This document shows positions 15,727 through 25,945 of a stretch of DNA of 64,000 nt, piece by piece. Made by a program: the position numbers and the translations under genes. This stretch comes from Candidatus Latescibacterota bacterium (lineage in GTDB: Bacteria; Latescibacterota; UBA2968; UBA8231). The DNA lies in assembly GCA_965221775.1 (NCBI GenBank), contig CBDCSU010000005.1, positions 160,001 through 224,000 on the forward strand, given 5' to 3'. How positions within the stretch are numbered: position 1 is the stretch's first letter; each line of letters starts with the position of its first letter. The notes beneath the pieces are model-generated. The model was not told where the DNA came from, ran no database searches, and saw only the letters and a list, made by a program, of their open reading frames with translations.

Positions 15727-17196
15727 ATGGACAGCAAGGGACCCGCCCCCGCCAAGACCGCCGACGAGAGCTCGGCTCCAGCCGCGCTCTGGCGGCGGGG
15801 AGCGGACCTGTGGGACGTCAAGGGCCACGTGGAGCGCCCGGCGAAGCGGATCCCCGTGGTCGAGGAGGTCGATGTCCTCGTCGCCGGCGGCGGCATCACC
15901 GGGATCATCGCCGCCCTGGCCGCGGGTCGGCTGGGCGCCCGGACCCTGGTGGTGGAACCCTTCGGCAGCCTGGGCGGCAACATGGGCCCCGGCATGTTCG
16001 CCGGCGGATCCCTGCACCTGGCCCTGAAGAACCCCGAAGCCTTCCCCGACGGCCTCGGCGGCATTCCCCAGGAGTTCAACGAACGGGTTGTTCACCACGA
16101 GGAGCGGCGGGTCGGCTCCGACTACCTGCGCGACAGCAAGACCGTGCCCTACGTGGCCACGCGGATGCTCGAGGAAGCGGGGGTGGAGATCCTCCTCTTC
16201 AGCGCCGTGGTCGACGTGATGAAGGAGGAGGACCGGCTCACCGGCATTTTCGTGGAGAACAAGTCGGGCACCCTGGCCATCCGCTCCCGCGTCGCCGTGG
16301 ACTGCACGGGTACGGCAGACGTGGCCGACCGCGCCGGGGCCCCCGTGGTCGAGCTGGAGGAGAATCCCTCCATGGGCGTCTACTTCGGCATCATGGGGGT
16401 CGACGCCGAGCAGTGGGAGCGGGCCCGGGACGGACGCCCCGCCCTCACGGCGGAGGACGAGGCCTGGCTGGAGGAGCACCAGGTGCCGCCGCAGCTCATG
16501 CCCTGGGCGCGCCAGGCCTGGGAGGCGGGGGACTTTCGGATCGTCCAGGTCGTGGACGGCTTCGCCACCCTCGAGATCACCCTCATGGAGCCCAAGGGGG
16601 ATCCGCCGTCGGTCAACTGCCGGACCCGCGTCAACGGACGGTTCCATCCCGGTGACGGTCTCGCCCTCTCCCGCATACAGCGGCAGCAGTGGTGCTTCAT
16701 CTACGAGTTCGTCGAGTTCATGAACCGCTACGTCCCGGGTTACGAGGACGCCTACCTCTACGTCGTCTCCCCGTACTTCCAGGCCCGGGGGGGCAAGAGC
16801 ATCGAGAGCGAGCGCGCCCTCACCGTGGAGGATGTGGCCGCCGGGGCCCGCTTCGACGACGTGATCTACACCTACTACGACGACAAGCGCTTCGTGGAGG
16901 GCGGAGTCGACGTCCCCTACCGCATGCTCATCCCCAGGGGAGTGGACGGCCTGATCGCCTCCGGGCGCAGCGCCATGAAGCGCGGACCCCAGTTCCGCCA
17001 GCGCTACAGCGCCCAGCAGATGGGTCAGGTAGCCGGTACGGCGGCGGCCCTGGCCGCCCGCGAGGGCGTCTCCCCCCGCGACCTGGACGTGCGGCTCCTG
17101 CAGCAAACGCTGCTGGCGGCGCGGCACCACATCGCGCCGCCGGAGCGGCTGCGGCAACTGGGCCTCACCCCGCCGGACCCCGCGCAGGAGGGTTGA
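15727..17196 (+). CDS. FAD-dependent oxidoreductase (FAD_oxidored / PF12831-like)
   Basis: GGAGGGG SD. VDVLVAGGGITGIIAA Rossmann motif, VDCTGTADV, DVPYRMLIP, MGQVAGTAAALA. Confidence 0.85.
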   Translation: MDSKGPAPAKTADESSAPAALWRRGADLWDVKGHVERPAKRIPVVEEVDVLVAGGGITGIIAALAAGRLGARTLVVEPFGSLGGNMGPGMFAGGSLHLALKNPEAFPDGLGGIPQEFNERVVHHEERRVGSDYLRDSKTVPYVATRMLEEAGVEILLFSAVVDVMKEEDRLTGIFVENKSGTLAIRSRVAVDCTGTADVADRAGAPVVELEENPSMGVYFGIMGVDAEQWERARDGRPALTAEDEAWLEEHQVPPQLMPWARQAWEAGDFRIVQVVDGFATLEITLMEPKGDPPSVNCRTRVNGRFHPGDGLALSRIQRQQWCFIYEFVEFMNRYVPGYEDAYLYVVSPYFQARGGKSIESERALTVEDVAAGARFDDVIYTYYDDKRFVEGGVDVPYRMLIPRGVDGLIASGRSAMKRGPQFRQRYSAQQMGQVAGTAAALAAREGVSPRDLDVRLLQQTLLAARHHIAPPERLRQLGLTPPDPAQEG

Positions 17197-17197
17197 C

Positions 17198-18169
17198 TTG
17201 AGCGGCGAGCCGGGAGAGCGCTTCTCCTTCATCCAGATCACCGACTGCCACCTTCTGGACACGCCGGACAGCCTGCTGCGGGGACTCTGTCTGCACTTCA
17301 CCCTGCAGCGGGTGCTGCAGCACATCGCCCGCCACGAGGCCGATGGTGCGGACTTCATCCTGGGCACCGGCGACTACGTGAGCTTCCCCCTGGACCGGCC
17401 CTACCAGTGCTTCGCCGGCGCCATCCACCTGCGCCCCACAGCCCCCTTCCCCGGCCCGCAGCGACTGGGCTTTCCGGGCATGGAGGGGATGCCCATCTAC
17501 TTCGTCCCCGGCAACCACGACCAGAACGGGCCCTTCCTCCGCCACCTCTTCCCCGGGTCGCCGACTCCCGATTCCCTCGACTTCGCCTTCACCCACAAGG
17601 GCGTCCGCTTCCTCTGCCTCGACACGCCGAGGTTCGTCAACCGCCCCATCCCGCCGCCTCGGCGGGACCGCATGCCCGACTCCTCCATGCGGCTGCTGGA
17701 AGAGGAGTGTGGCCGGCTGCCGCGGGAGACGCCCATCATCGTCGTCATGCACCTGCCCGCCGCCCCGGTGGCGGAGATGCCCTGGGTGGAGGAGGAGATG
17801 CCCGAGGACATGGACCGGGTGTGGGAGCTCCTCCACGGCCGCAGGGTGCTGGCCCTCCTGCACGGCCACATCCACGCCACCAAGGAGCGCGAGGTGGAGG
17901 GCGTGCCCGTCCTCGGTCTGCGCTCCACGGGCAACCAGTGGGCCGACGGGGACGTGCAGGTCCTGGTCCCCACTACCCTGGCTCCCCACTTCCGCGTCGT
18001 CACCGTAGATGACGGGCGCCTGAGCCACCGCAACGTCGAGGTGGACACGACCTGGGGCAACGTCGGCCTGCAGCCCGGCCTGCCCCTGACGGAGCGCGCC
18101 TTCCTCGAAGAGGGAGGCCCCGCCGTGCGCCACCTCATCCACGGCGATCCCGCCACCAGGGAGTGGTGA
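17198..18169 (+). CDS. Calcineurin-like metallophosphoesterase (CpdA/Icc-like)
   Basis: Motifs ITDCH, GTGD, PGNHD, MH, HGHIH. TTG start right after the upstream stop. Confidence 0.85.
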   Translation: MSGEPGERFSFIQITDCHLLDTPDSLLRGLCLHFTLQRVLQHIARHEADGADFILGTGDYVSFPLDRPYQCFAGAIHLRPTAPFPGPQRLGFPGMEGMPIYFVPGNHDQNGPFLRHLFPGSPTPDSLDFAFTHKGVRFLCLDTPRFVNRPIPPPRRDRMPDSSMRLLEEECGRLPRETPIIVVMHLPAAPVAEMPWVEEEMPEDMDRVWELLHGRRVLALLHGHIHATKEREVEGVPVLGLRSTGNQWADGDVQVLVPTTLAPHFRVVTVDDGRLSHRNVEVDTTWGNVGLQPGLPLTERAFLEEGGPAVRHLIHGDPATREW

Positions 18170-19698
18170 TGGAGATCCGCTCCGGCTACCGGGAGGTGGA
18201 GCCCCTGGACGTGAGCTGCGTCGAGCAGATGCTCGTGGACGACCACGTCGTCGAGGACGCCTGGGAGCTCCGCCGTCACCTCCATCCCCCTCTGCGCCAC
18301 CCCGCGGGCCCCGTGCTCCTGGCCGACCGCCCCTGGGAGGACGGCATCCGCACCTGCAACGTGCTGCGAGACGAGGGGGCGGGCCTCTACCACATGCTCT
18401 ACCAGTCGGTCAACGTGGAGGCCTACCAGCGCTACATGAACTACGGGGGCCTCGACCCCCATCCCTGGGACCGCGCCGCCCACGGCACGCCGAAGTACGT
18501 CTGCTACGCCCGCAGCACGGACGGGCTCAACTGGGAGAAGCCGGCCCTCGAAGAGTTCCCCTGGCGGGACCACCCCCGGACCAACGTCGTCTTCCCGGGC
18601 GCCAGCCGGGCCCAGTCGCCGGAGGTCGTGTGGAACCCCGACCGCGGCGACGAGGAGCGCCGCCTGGTGATGCTCTACCGGGACACGATCGGCTACCCGG
18701 GCCCCGGCCAGCAGGATGGGCGTTGTCTCGCCTATTCCCCCGACGGAATCCGCTGGACGCCGGACGAGTCCAACCCCGTGACCCGCGGCGGCAGCGACGG
18801 CCAGAACCCGGTCTGCTGGGACCCGCAGACGGAGCGGTGGTTCTGCTTCTGCCGGCCCAAGGTGATGGCCGTCGACGCGGCGGCCACGCCGCGCCCCTCG
18901 CGGGGCAACACCCGCCGGCGCATGGCGGTCATGACCAGTCCGGACCTGCGCCGATGGTCCTTTCCGCGCGCCGCCATCGTGCCCGACGAGCTCGACATCA
19001 GCACCTTCTGCGTCGAGGGATCGGCGGCGGCCTTCAAGTGGGGCAGCCACTTCTTCTCCTTCGTGCCGATCTCCGACCACTACGGCTCGGGCCGCTGGCG
19101 GACCCAGCTGGCCTTCAGCGCCGACGGCTACCGCTGGAGCCGCCTGCCGGACCGCCCCTGCTGGCTCGAGCCCGGTCCGGAGGGGAGCTGGGACGAGCAC
19201 GCCGCCGTGCCCGCCTGTCCGCCGGTAGACTTGGGCGACAACTGGCTCATTTACTACATCGGGCAGCGCCAGCCGCCGCTGCGCCACGCCCACTCCTTCT
19301 CGCTCACCGCCGTGGGCGCCGCCGTCGTCCCCAGGGGGCGCCTCATCGGCCGCTTCGCCGGCGACGACGACGGCTTCCTCCTCACGCGGGAGCTGCTGGT
19401 GGGAGGACGCCACCTGGAGATCCACTGCGAGCGCGTCATCGACCGGGACGGGCGGCCGCCCTGCGAGATCCGGGTCGGGCTGGCGCGCCGGTCGGGGGCC
19501 GCCGGCGACCACCGCGACGCCGGCTACCACGAGGGCTTCGCCTTGGAGGACTGCCTGCCCATGGGGATGACCAGCTCTGCCCTGCGGGTGCGCTGGCGAG
19601 GCGGCGACGACCTCGGGGCTCTCGTGGGCAAGCCCGCCTTCCTGCGCTTCCACCTGCGCAACGCCGGGCTCTACAGCTTCCGCTTCACCGACGGCTGA
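18169..19698 (+). CDS. Five-bladed beta-propeller glycoside hydrolase-like protein (GH32/GH130-like, uncharacterised)
   Basis: TGATG overlap. Repeated Asp-box-like motifs YARSTDGLNW, AYSPDGIRW, TSPDLRRW, AFSADGYRW. C-terminal LRFHLRNAGLYSFRF domain. Confidence 0.65.
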   Translation: MEIRSGYREVEPLDVSCVEQMLVDDHVVEDAWELRRHLHPPLRHPAGPVLLADRPWEDGIRTCNVLRDEGAGLYHMLYQSVNVEAYQRYMNYGGLDPHPWDRAAHGTPKYVCYARSTDGLNWEKPALEEFPWRDHPRTNVVFPGASRAQSPEVVWNPDRGDEERRLVMLYRDTIGYPGPGQQDGRCLAYSPDGIRWTPDESNPVTRGGSDGQNPVCWDPQTERWFCFCRPKVMAVDAAATPRPSRGNTRRRMAVMTSPDLRRWSFPRAAIVPDELDISTFCVEGSAAAFKWGSHFFSFVPISDHYGSGRWRTQLAFSADGYRWSRLPDRPCWLEPGPEGSWDEHAAVPACPPVDLGDNWLIYYIGQRQPPLRHAHSFSLTAVGAAVVPRGRLIGRFAGDDDGFLLTRELLVGGRHLEIHCERVIDRDGRPPCEIRVGLARRSGAAGDHRDAGYHEGFALEDCLPMGMTSSALRVRWRGGDDLGALVGKPAFLRFHLRNAGLYSFRFTDG

Positions 19699-19753
19699 GC
19701 GCGCCCGCCGCGCGGGATGGACCCCGTCCGCTGCCGCCCCGGGGGAGTCCCGC

Positions 19754-21706
19754 CTAGCCGTAGAAGATGATGTTGCCCACCATGCCGGTGAAGTGGTCGA
19801 TGATGAGGTAGATCCCGCCCGGGACCACGAAGCCGAGGATGATGCCGAGGAAGAAGGGCCGGGTGCGCAGGTAGAGGCGCACGCCGCCGTAGCGCAGGAC
19901 GATGACCTTCACCAGCCAGGCGAGGAACATGTTGAACCACAGGTGGTCCAGGATCCACACCGGCCCTACGACGTAGCCGATGGGGTGCAGGGGCCACCAC
20001 AGGAAGACCGCCCGCGCCAGCATGAGGCCGCCCATGATGAGGCTTCCCGCGCCGATGTGGAGCCAGGTCAGCAACTGCGGCCCCGTGGGAGTCCGGATCA
20101 TGCGCTCGGCGAAGTCGTAGCCGCCGCCGTAGGGCCGGTAGAGATTGATCGCCCCCGACGCGTGGCCCAGCTCCATGATCGTCCACACCGCCCCGAAGAA
20201 GGCGATGGCCACGGCCGCCACCATGACCCAGAACAGGGGCCGCTTGGAGGAGGGCTTCATGTCGTCGCTGAGGCGCAGCGACTGGGCCGCCGAGGTCATG
20301 ACGAAGTTGCGGCCCTCCGACCACCAGATGCAGAGGCCGAGGATCACCATGCTCGGCTCTCCCAGCCTCGCCGAGCCGATGAGGGAGGCCATGATCCCCG
20401 CCGGGACCACCGGAGGCGCGCCGTCGGAGAGCCCGCCCTCGGCAACGATGCGGGAGTAGCCCACGAGCAGCACCCCCACGAGGAAGATGAGGGCGACCCC
20501 GTAGATGACGGGCAACCCGGCGAGGGCCAGCCAGCCGACCATGACCAGGCAGCCCGTCACCAGGATGATGACGGCGGCCCGGTAGGAGAGGATCTCGTCG
20601 CTGTCGTCGACGCCGGGATCGCCGTAGAGGGCCTTGCGGAAGACGGCCTTCAGGTGAGTCCGCCCCATCCACAGGCCTCCGAAGAACAGGGCCAGCATGC
20701 CGCCCATGGCTTGGTAGGCGAGGATCAGGTTGGGGACGGCGTGGCCCACGTCCTCGGTGGCCACCATGCCCGTCTCGGTGATCCCGATGCCGAGGCGGGC
20801 GAAGACACCCCGGGCCACGAAGGAGAGGAGGTTGAAGAACCAGATGCTGAAGGCGATGTCCGTCTTGAGGAAGTAGAAGAACCCCAGGATATTGAAGCGC
20901 AGGAGGAAGTAGAGGTCGTGGACGCCGTCGAAGATGGGAAGGGTGAAGTGGATCGGATCGACCCGGGTGGCCACGGCGACGATGCCGGGAAAGTAGTTGT
21001 AGAGCCCGTGGAGGGTGCCGTAGAGAGCCGGCACGGCAAAGCCGGCCCACATGACCGGGTCCTTGTAGAACCGCCCGAGCCTCCCCTTGTCGCCGTCCTC
21101 GCCGACCATGGCCAGCGGCACCTGGAGGAGGGGAAAGATGAGGCGCTCGTTCTCCACCCACTGGCGCCGCATGATCACCATGGAGGCGATCATCACCAGG
21201 AACAAGGCCCAGAGGAAGGGCATCCAGGCGGCGAAGACGCGCAGCCAGGGACCCCACGGGATCTCCTGGCCCTGGGCGACGCCTTCGAAGAAGAGCTGCA
21301 CCAGCTCGGGCGAATGGGGAACGATCCAGTCGGGCAGATGCGGCAGGACGATGTTGCGCCAGTCGTTCTCCGGCGTGGCGTAGTAGAAGGGGTAGGTCAG
21401 GGAGCAGATATACTTGTAGACGAACAGGCGCGGCAGGGGCGAGGCCATGACGAGCATGACGTAGACCAGGAGCAGCTCGCCCCGCCGCAGTCCCGCCCTT
21501 GGCGAGATCAGCTTGAGGGCGGGATTCACCAGCAGCGTGATGAGGAAGAGCACGAAGACGGCGCCGGGCATGCTCGTGCCCGTGGACATGAGGGAGCCCT
21601 TCAGGTAGAGGGCCCCGTACGCCGTGCCCGCCGAGACGACGAAGGCGCCGATCGAGCCCACGAGGAGGGCGCGCAGGGTGAAGATGCTTTCAGGCTGCTT
21701 CTGCAT
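19754..21706 (-). CDS. Polytopic membrane protein, DUF6785/DUF6784-like putative transporter
   Basis: About 15 or more hydrophobic segments. Motifs YYATPENDW, RRQWVENERLIFPL, WWPLHPIGY, LRYGG...PFFLG. Confidence 0.7.
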   Translation of the reverse strand: MQKQPESIFTLRALLVGSIGAFVVSAGTAYGALYLKGSLMSTGTSMPGAVFVLFLITLLVNPALKLISPRAGLRRGELLLVYVMLVMASPLPRLFVYKYICSLTYPFYYATPENDWRNIVLPHLPDWIVPHSPELVQLFFEGVAQGQEIPWGPWLRVFAAWMPFLWALFLVMIASMVIMRRQWVENERLIFPLLQVPLAMVGEDGDKGRLGRFYKDPVMWAGFAVPALYGTLHGLYNYFPGIVAVATRVDPIHFTLPIFDGVHDLYFLLRFNILGFFYFLKTDIAFSIWFFNLLSFVARGVFARLGIGITETGMVATEDVGHAVPNLILAYQAMGGMLALFFGGLWMGRTHLKAVFRKALYGDPGVDDSDEILSYRAAVIILVTGCLVMVGWLALAGLPVIYGVALIFLVGVLLVGYSRIVAEGGLSDGAPPVVPAGIMASLIGSARLGEPSMVILGLCIWWSEGRNFVMTSAAQSLRLSDDMKPSSKRPLFWVMVAAVAIAFFGAVWTIMELGHASGAINLYRPYGGGYDFAERMIRTPTGPQLLTWLHIGAGSLIMGGLMLARAVFLWWPLHPIGYVVGPVWILDHLWFNMFLAWLVKVIVLRYGGVRLYLRTRPFFLGIILGFVVPGGIYLIIDHFTGMVGNIIFYG

Positions 21707-21792
21707 GGGCGTGGGGTCGGCTCCCTCGGGTTTTTGCCGAAGCGGGTGAATATAGACGGATTCCGCGACTGGAGCCCGGGGGGGAGGCCTGA

Positions 21793-23577
21793 GTGAGGCC
21801 CTTTCTCGGCGTCCTGCTGCTGGCCCTGGTACTGCGCCTCCTGCACGCCTGGCAGATGGCCTCGAGTCCGCTCTACGACGAGCCGGCGGTGGACGGCATG
21901 ACCTACCTGGCCCACGCCGAGGCCCTGGCCGCCGGCGACTGGCTGGGCCGGGACCGGCCCGCCTTCTGGCAGCCGCCCCTCTATCCCTACGTGCTGGGGG
22001 TGGTGAAGGCCGTCTTCCCCGACTCCTTCTTCCACGCCGTGCGCTGCATCCAGGCCCTGTGGGGCGCCCTCGCCTGCGCTCTCACATATCTCCTGGGAGC
22101 CCGCCTTTTCTCAACCAGGGTCGGTCTCGCCGCCGGCCTGGCCGCCGCCCTCTGCGGCCCCCTGATCTACTTCGACGCGGAGATCCTGCCCGCGAGCCTG
22201 GCCACCGTCCTCGGCTTGGGGGGCCTGCTGCTGCTGCTGTGCGCCCGGCGGCGGGGTACGCCGACGGCCTTCCTCCCGGCAGGTCTGGTGTACGGCCTCG
22301 CGGCCCTGGCGGTGCCGACGGTCCTCGGCTTCTGCCTCCTGGCGGCGGCCTGGATCGCCTGGAAGGGTCCCTCGGCGAGCGCCGCCGTCCTCTTCCTACT
22401 CGGCATCGCCGCGGCGGTCCTGCCCGTGGCCTGGCGCAACTACGCCATCGGCGGCGAGCCGGTCCTCATCTCCTACAACTCGGGCATCAATTTCCACATC
22501 GGCAACAGCGCCGACCACGAGCGCCTGGTGAGGATCCGCCCCGGGTGGGAGTGGGACGACCTCGTGGCCGAGCCGGTGAACGCCGGCATCGAGGATCGCT
22601 CCGCTCGCTCCGCCTGGTTCTGGAAGCGGGCCCTGGAGTATATGCGCGCCGAGCCGCTGGACTATGCCGCCCTGCAGGCACGCAAGAGCCTGCGCCTCCT
22701 CAACGGCCACGAGGAGGGCCGCAACCAGGGCATCTACTACTGGCGCCACTACTCCGGGGTCCTGGCGGCCACCCTGTGGAAGCGGGTCGTCGCCTTCCCC
22801 TTCGGCGTCATCGCCCCTCTCGCCGTCCTCGGCCTGGTCCTGGCCCTCCATCGCCGCGGGCTGGACCCGGCGGCCCTCTTCGTCCTCGCCTACGCGGCGG
22901 GCATCGTCGCCTTCTTTCCCACGGCGCGCTACCGGGCGCCCATGCTCCCCGTCCTGCTGATCCTGGCCGCCCACGCCGGCTGGTGGCTGTGGGACCGCTT
23001 CCGCGAGGGCCGGTACCGGGACACCGCCCTCGCGGCCACGACAGCGGCCGTCGGGGCGTTGGTCAGCAACCTCGGCGCCGGTCCCATGGACATGACCGGG
23101 GACGCCGCCATCCACTACAACATCGGCCAGGCCCACTCCCGCCAGGGCCGCGCCGCCGAGGCCGCCCGGTCCCTCACCCGGGCGGTGGAGATGGACTCCA
23201 CCTACTGGCAGGCCTGGAACGACCTGGGCACGATCCATGCCCGACAGGGGGATGCCGCAGAGGCCGCCGCCATCCTCGAGCGGGTGACCCGGGCCCGCCC
23301 CGACCGCCCCGAGCCGTGGGTCAACCTCGCCCACTGCTACCGGGCCCTGGGCCGGGTCGAGGAGGCCGTCCCCGCCTACGGCCGGGCCCTGGCGGCCAGC
23401 AACTACCTGCCGATCCTGGCCGCCGAGCTGATGCAGCTTCACCTGCAGCGCGGCGATCCCGACGCGGCGCGGAAGGTCCTCGGGGACGCCCTCGAGCACC
23501 GCCCCGGCGACCGCGAGAGACTGCTCCACATCTTCGCCCGCCTGCAGTCGCCGGCCGCCCCGGGCCGCCGGCGATGA
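21793..23577 (+). CDS. GT-C (PMT_2/GT39-like) membrane glycosyltransferase with C-terminal TPR repeats
   Basis: VDGMTY loop, FWQPPLYPYVLG, NSGINFHIGN, ARYRAP. TPR helices HYNIGQA, AWNDLGT, PWVNLAH. Confidence 0.8.
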   Translation: MRPFLGVLLLALVLRLLHAWQMASSPLYDEPAVDGMTYLAHAEALAAGDWLGRDRPAFWQPPLYPYVLGVVKAVFPDSFFHAVRCIQALWGALACALTYLLGARLFSTRVGLAAGLAAALCGPLIYFDAEILPASLATVLGLGGLLLLLCARRRGTPTAFLPAGLVYGLAALAVPTVLGFCLLAAAWIAWKGPSASAAVLFLLGIAAAVLPVAWRNYAIGGEPVLISYNSGINFHIGNSADHERLVRIRPGWEWDDLVAEPVNAGIEDRSARSAWFWKRALEYMRAEPLDYAALQARKSLRLLNGHEEGRNQGIYYWRHYSGVLAATLWKRVVAFPFGVIAPLAVLGLVLALHRRGLDPAALFVLAYAAGIVAFFPTARYRAPMLPVLLILAAHAGWWLWDRFREGRYRDTALAATTAAVGALVSNLGAGPMDMTGDAAIHYNIGQAHSRQGRAAEAARSLTRAVEMDSTYWQAWNDLGTIHARQGDAAEAAAILERVTRARPDRPEPWVNLAHCYRALGRVEEAVPAYGRALAASNYLPILAAELMQLHLQRGDPDAARKVLGDALEHRPGDRERLLHIFARLQSPAAPGRRR

Positions 23578-23587
23578 CGCCGCTGCC

Positions 23588-25126
23588 GTGAACCCTCGTC
23601 CTGGAGCTCCCATGGTCACTCACCGGGTGCGGACGCACCTCGAAGGTCAAATCCTGCCGCCCCAGGAGCAGCTGGCCTGGAAGATCGCCGCCATGGCCGC
23701 CGCCGCACCGGCGGCGCCGGAGGATGCCGCCGAGATGGTCGGCAACCGGATCATCGACAACGCCGCCGTCGCCGCCGCCGCCTTCGACCGCGGCCCCGTG
23801 CGCCACGCCCGCCTCCTCGCCCTCGGCTACCCCCACCCCAAGGGCCGGGGTGCCAGCCTCTGCGGCCTGCCGCCGGAACGCAACGTCCACTGCGAGTGGG
23901 CCGCCCTGGCCAACGGCGTGGCCGTGCGCGAGCTCGACTTCCACGACTGCTTCCTCGCCGCCGACTACTCCCATCCCGCCGACACCATCCCCGGCGTCCT
24001 GGCCGCCGCCCAGCAGACGGGCCGCGGCGGCGCCGACCTGGTGCGCGGCATCCTGGCGGCCTACGAGACCCAGATCTCCCTGGTGCGGAGCGTCTGCCTG
24101 CACGAGCACAAGATCGACCACGTGGCCCACCTCGCCCCCGCCGTCGCCGCCGGCGTCGGCGCCCTGCTGAAGCTGCCGGTGGAGACGATCTTCCAGGCCG
24201 TGAACCAGGCCGTTCATCTCGGGTGCTCGACCCGGCAGTCGCGCAAGGGGGACATCACGAGCTGGAAGGCGTATGCCCCCGGCCAGTCCGGCAAGACCGC
24301 CCTGGAGGCGGTGGGCCGCTCTCTCCTCGGCGAGCGCGCGCCGTCGCCGATCTACGAGGGCCGCGACGGCGTCATCGCCTGGCTCCTCTCCGGTCCCGAC
24401 GCCGAGTACGAGGTCTCCCTGCCGCCGCCGGGTGAGCCCCTTCGGGCGATCCTCGACTCCTACACCAAGGAGCACTCCGCCGAGTACCAGGCCCAGGCCC
24501 TGATCGACATCGGCTTCGCCCTCCACGCCCGCGGCCTCGACCTCGAAGCCGTGCGCGAGGTGGTGGTGCGCACCAGCCACCACACCCATTTCGTCATCGG
24601 CACGGGGTCCGGAGACCCGGAGAAGATGGAGCCTTCCGCCTCGCGGGAAACCCTCGACCACAGCGCCATGTACATCCTCACCGTGGCCTGGGAGGACGGC
24701 CGCTGGCACCACGTCGACTCGTACACGCCGGAGCGGGCGAGCCGCCCTTCCACGGTCTCTCTGTGGCGGAAGGTGCGCACCGAGGAGGTGGAGGAGTGGA
24801 CCCGGGCCTACCACGAGTCCGACTTCCGGCGGCGGAAGTTCGGCGCCGAGGTGGTGGTGCGCATGGCCGATGGTTCCGAGGTGGCGGAGCGTCTCGACAA
24901 CCCCAACGCCCACTCCCTGGGAGCGCGCCCCTTCGAGCGCCCGGACTATATCGGCAAGCTGCGGTCGCTCACGGAAGGACTCGCCGACCCGGAGGAGATC
25001 GAACGCTTCCTGGGGCTGGTGGACCGGCTTCCGGAACTGGATCCGGAGGAGGTGCGGCGGCTCAACCTGACCCTGCGGGAGGGCCGGGAGGAGGAGGGGC
25101 TGGAGCGCGTCGGGATCCTGGCCTGA
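23588..25126 (+). CDS. prpD: MmgE/PrpD family 2-methylcitrate dehydratase (start may be ATG 23612)
   Basis: NGVAVRELDFHD, YSHPAD, KIDHVAH, QSRKG.ITSWK, YTKEHSAEYQ, RETLDHS. Confidence 0.85.
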   Translation: MNPRPGAPMVTHRVRTHLEGQILPPQEQLAWKIAAMAAAAPAAPEDAAEMVGNRIIDNAAVAAAAFDRGPVRHARLLALGYPHPKGRGASLCGLPPERNVHCEWAALANGVAVRELDFHDCFLAADYSHPADTIPGVLAAAQQTGRGGADLVRGILAAYETQISLVRSVCLHEHKIDHVAHLAPAVAAGVGALLKLPVETIFQAVNQAVHLGCSTRQSRKGDITSWKAYAPGQSGKTALEAVGRSLLGERAPSPIYEGRDGVIAWLLSGPDAEYEVSLPPPGEPLRAILDSYTKEHSAEYQAQALIDIGFALHARGLDLEAVREVVVRTSHHTHFVIGTGSGDPEKMEPSASRETLDHSAMYILTVAWEDGRWHHVDSYTPERASRPSTVSLWRKVRTEEVEEWTRAYHESDFRRRKFGAEVVVRMADGSEVAERLDNPNAHSLGARPFERPDYIGKLRSLTEGLADPEEIERFLGLVDRLPELDPEEVRRLNLTLREGREEEGLERVGILA

Positions 25127-25137
25127 ACCGGGAGGTC

Positions 25138-25941
25138 TCAGCTCCGGCGCAGCAGCTCCTCCCAGGTGTCGGCGGCTTCCCAGCCGAGCAGGCGGCGGGC
25201 CTTGTCGACACGGTACTTGCCGTGGGGCTGGCGGGCGCAGATGAGGAAGACCTCGTGGGGAGAGGGCATGGCCGGGGCCCGGAGGCCGTGGAGCATGGCC
25301 CGGCCCGTGTCCTCCCAGGAGACGGTGAAGGGCCCGACACCCCGCCCGCGCTCCTCGGGCAGGACCTGGCGCGGCCGGAAGAGGCAGTAGAGGAAGGTCA
25401 GGGTCTCCACCCCGCGCCCCTCGGCGAAGACCCGGGTGATCTCGCCCCCCAGGTATTTGGTCAGCGCGTAGAGGTCGTCCCCTGGATGCAGGGGGATCTC
25501 GTCCGGCACGTCGTGGTCGTGCCAGGAGTCGGCGGCGTGGTGGAGGGCGACGTGGAAGGGCCCGGTGTGGATCAGCCGCTCGAGCCCGCACTCGGCGGCG
25601 GCCCGGGCCACGTGGAAGGCGCCCACGGTGTTGACGGTGAAGGCCTTCTCGGGGTGGTCCCGAATGACGGTGACGTCGATCGCCGCGTCCATCCCGCGGC
25701 AGGCCTCCAGGACCTGGTCGTAGCGGGTGACGTCCACGACCCTGCGCTCGTGGGGCGCCGGCAGAAGCGGGGGCAGGGGCGCCCTCGCGCTCTGCCGCCG
25801 CTCCTCGGCCACGATCCGGTCGAGGGGCTCGAGATCGGTGCAGCGCAGCGTGTAGTGGTCCTTCAGGGCCTCCATCGTCGTGGCGCCCACCGGGCCGCCG
25901 GCCCCGAAGATCACCACCCTCCCGCCGTCGACTGCGGCCAC
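25138..25941 (-). CDS. NAD-dependent epimerase/dehydratase (uronate dehydrogenase-like)
   Basis: GGAGGG SD upstream of GTG at 25941. IFGAGGPVG Rossmann motif and YALTK catalytic motif. Confidence 0.75.
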   Translation of the reverse strand: MAAVDGGRVVIFGAGGPVGATTMEALKDHYTLRCTDLEPLDRIVAEERRQSARAPLPPLLPAPHERRVVDVTRYDQVLEACRGMDAAIDVTVIRDHPEKAFTVNTVGAFHVARAAAECGLERLIHTGPFHVALHHAADSWHDHDVPDEIPLHPGDDLYALTKYLGGEITRVFAEGRGVETLTFLYCLFRPRQVLPEERGRGVGPFTVSWEDTGRAMLHGLRAPAMPSPHEVFLICARQPHGKYRVDKARRLLGWEAADTWEELLRRS

Positions 25942-25945
25942 CGCG

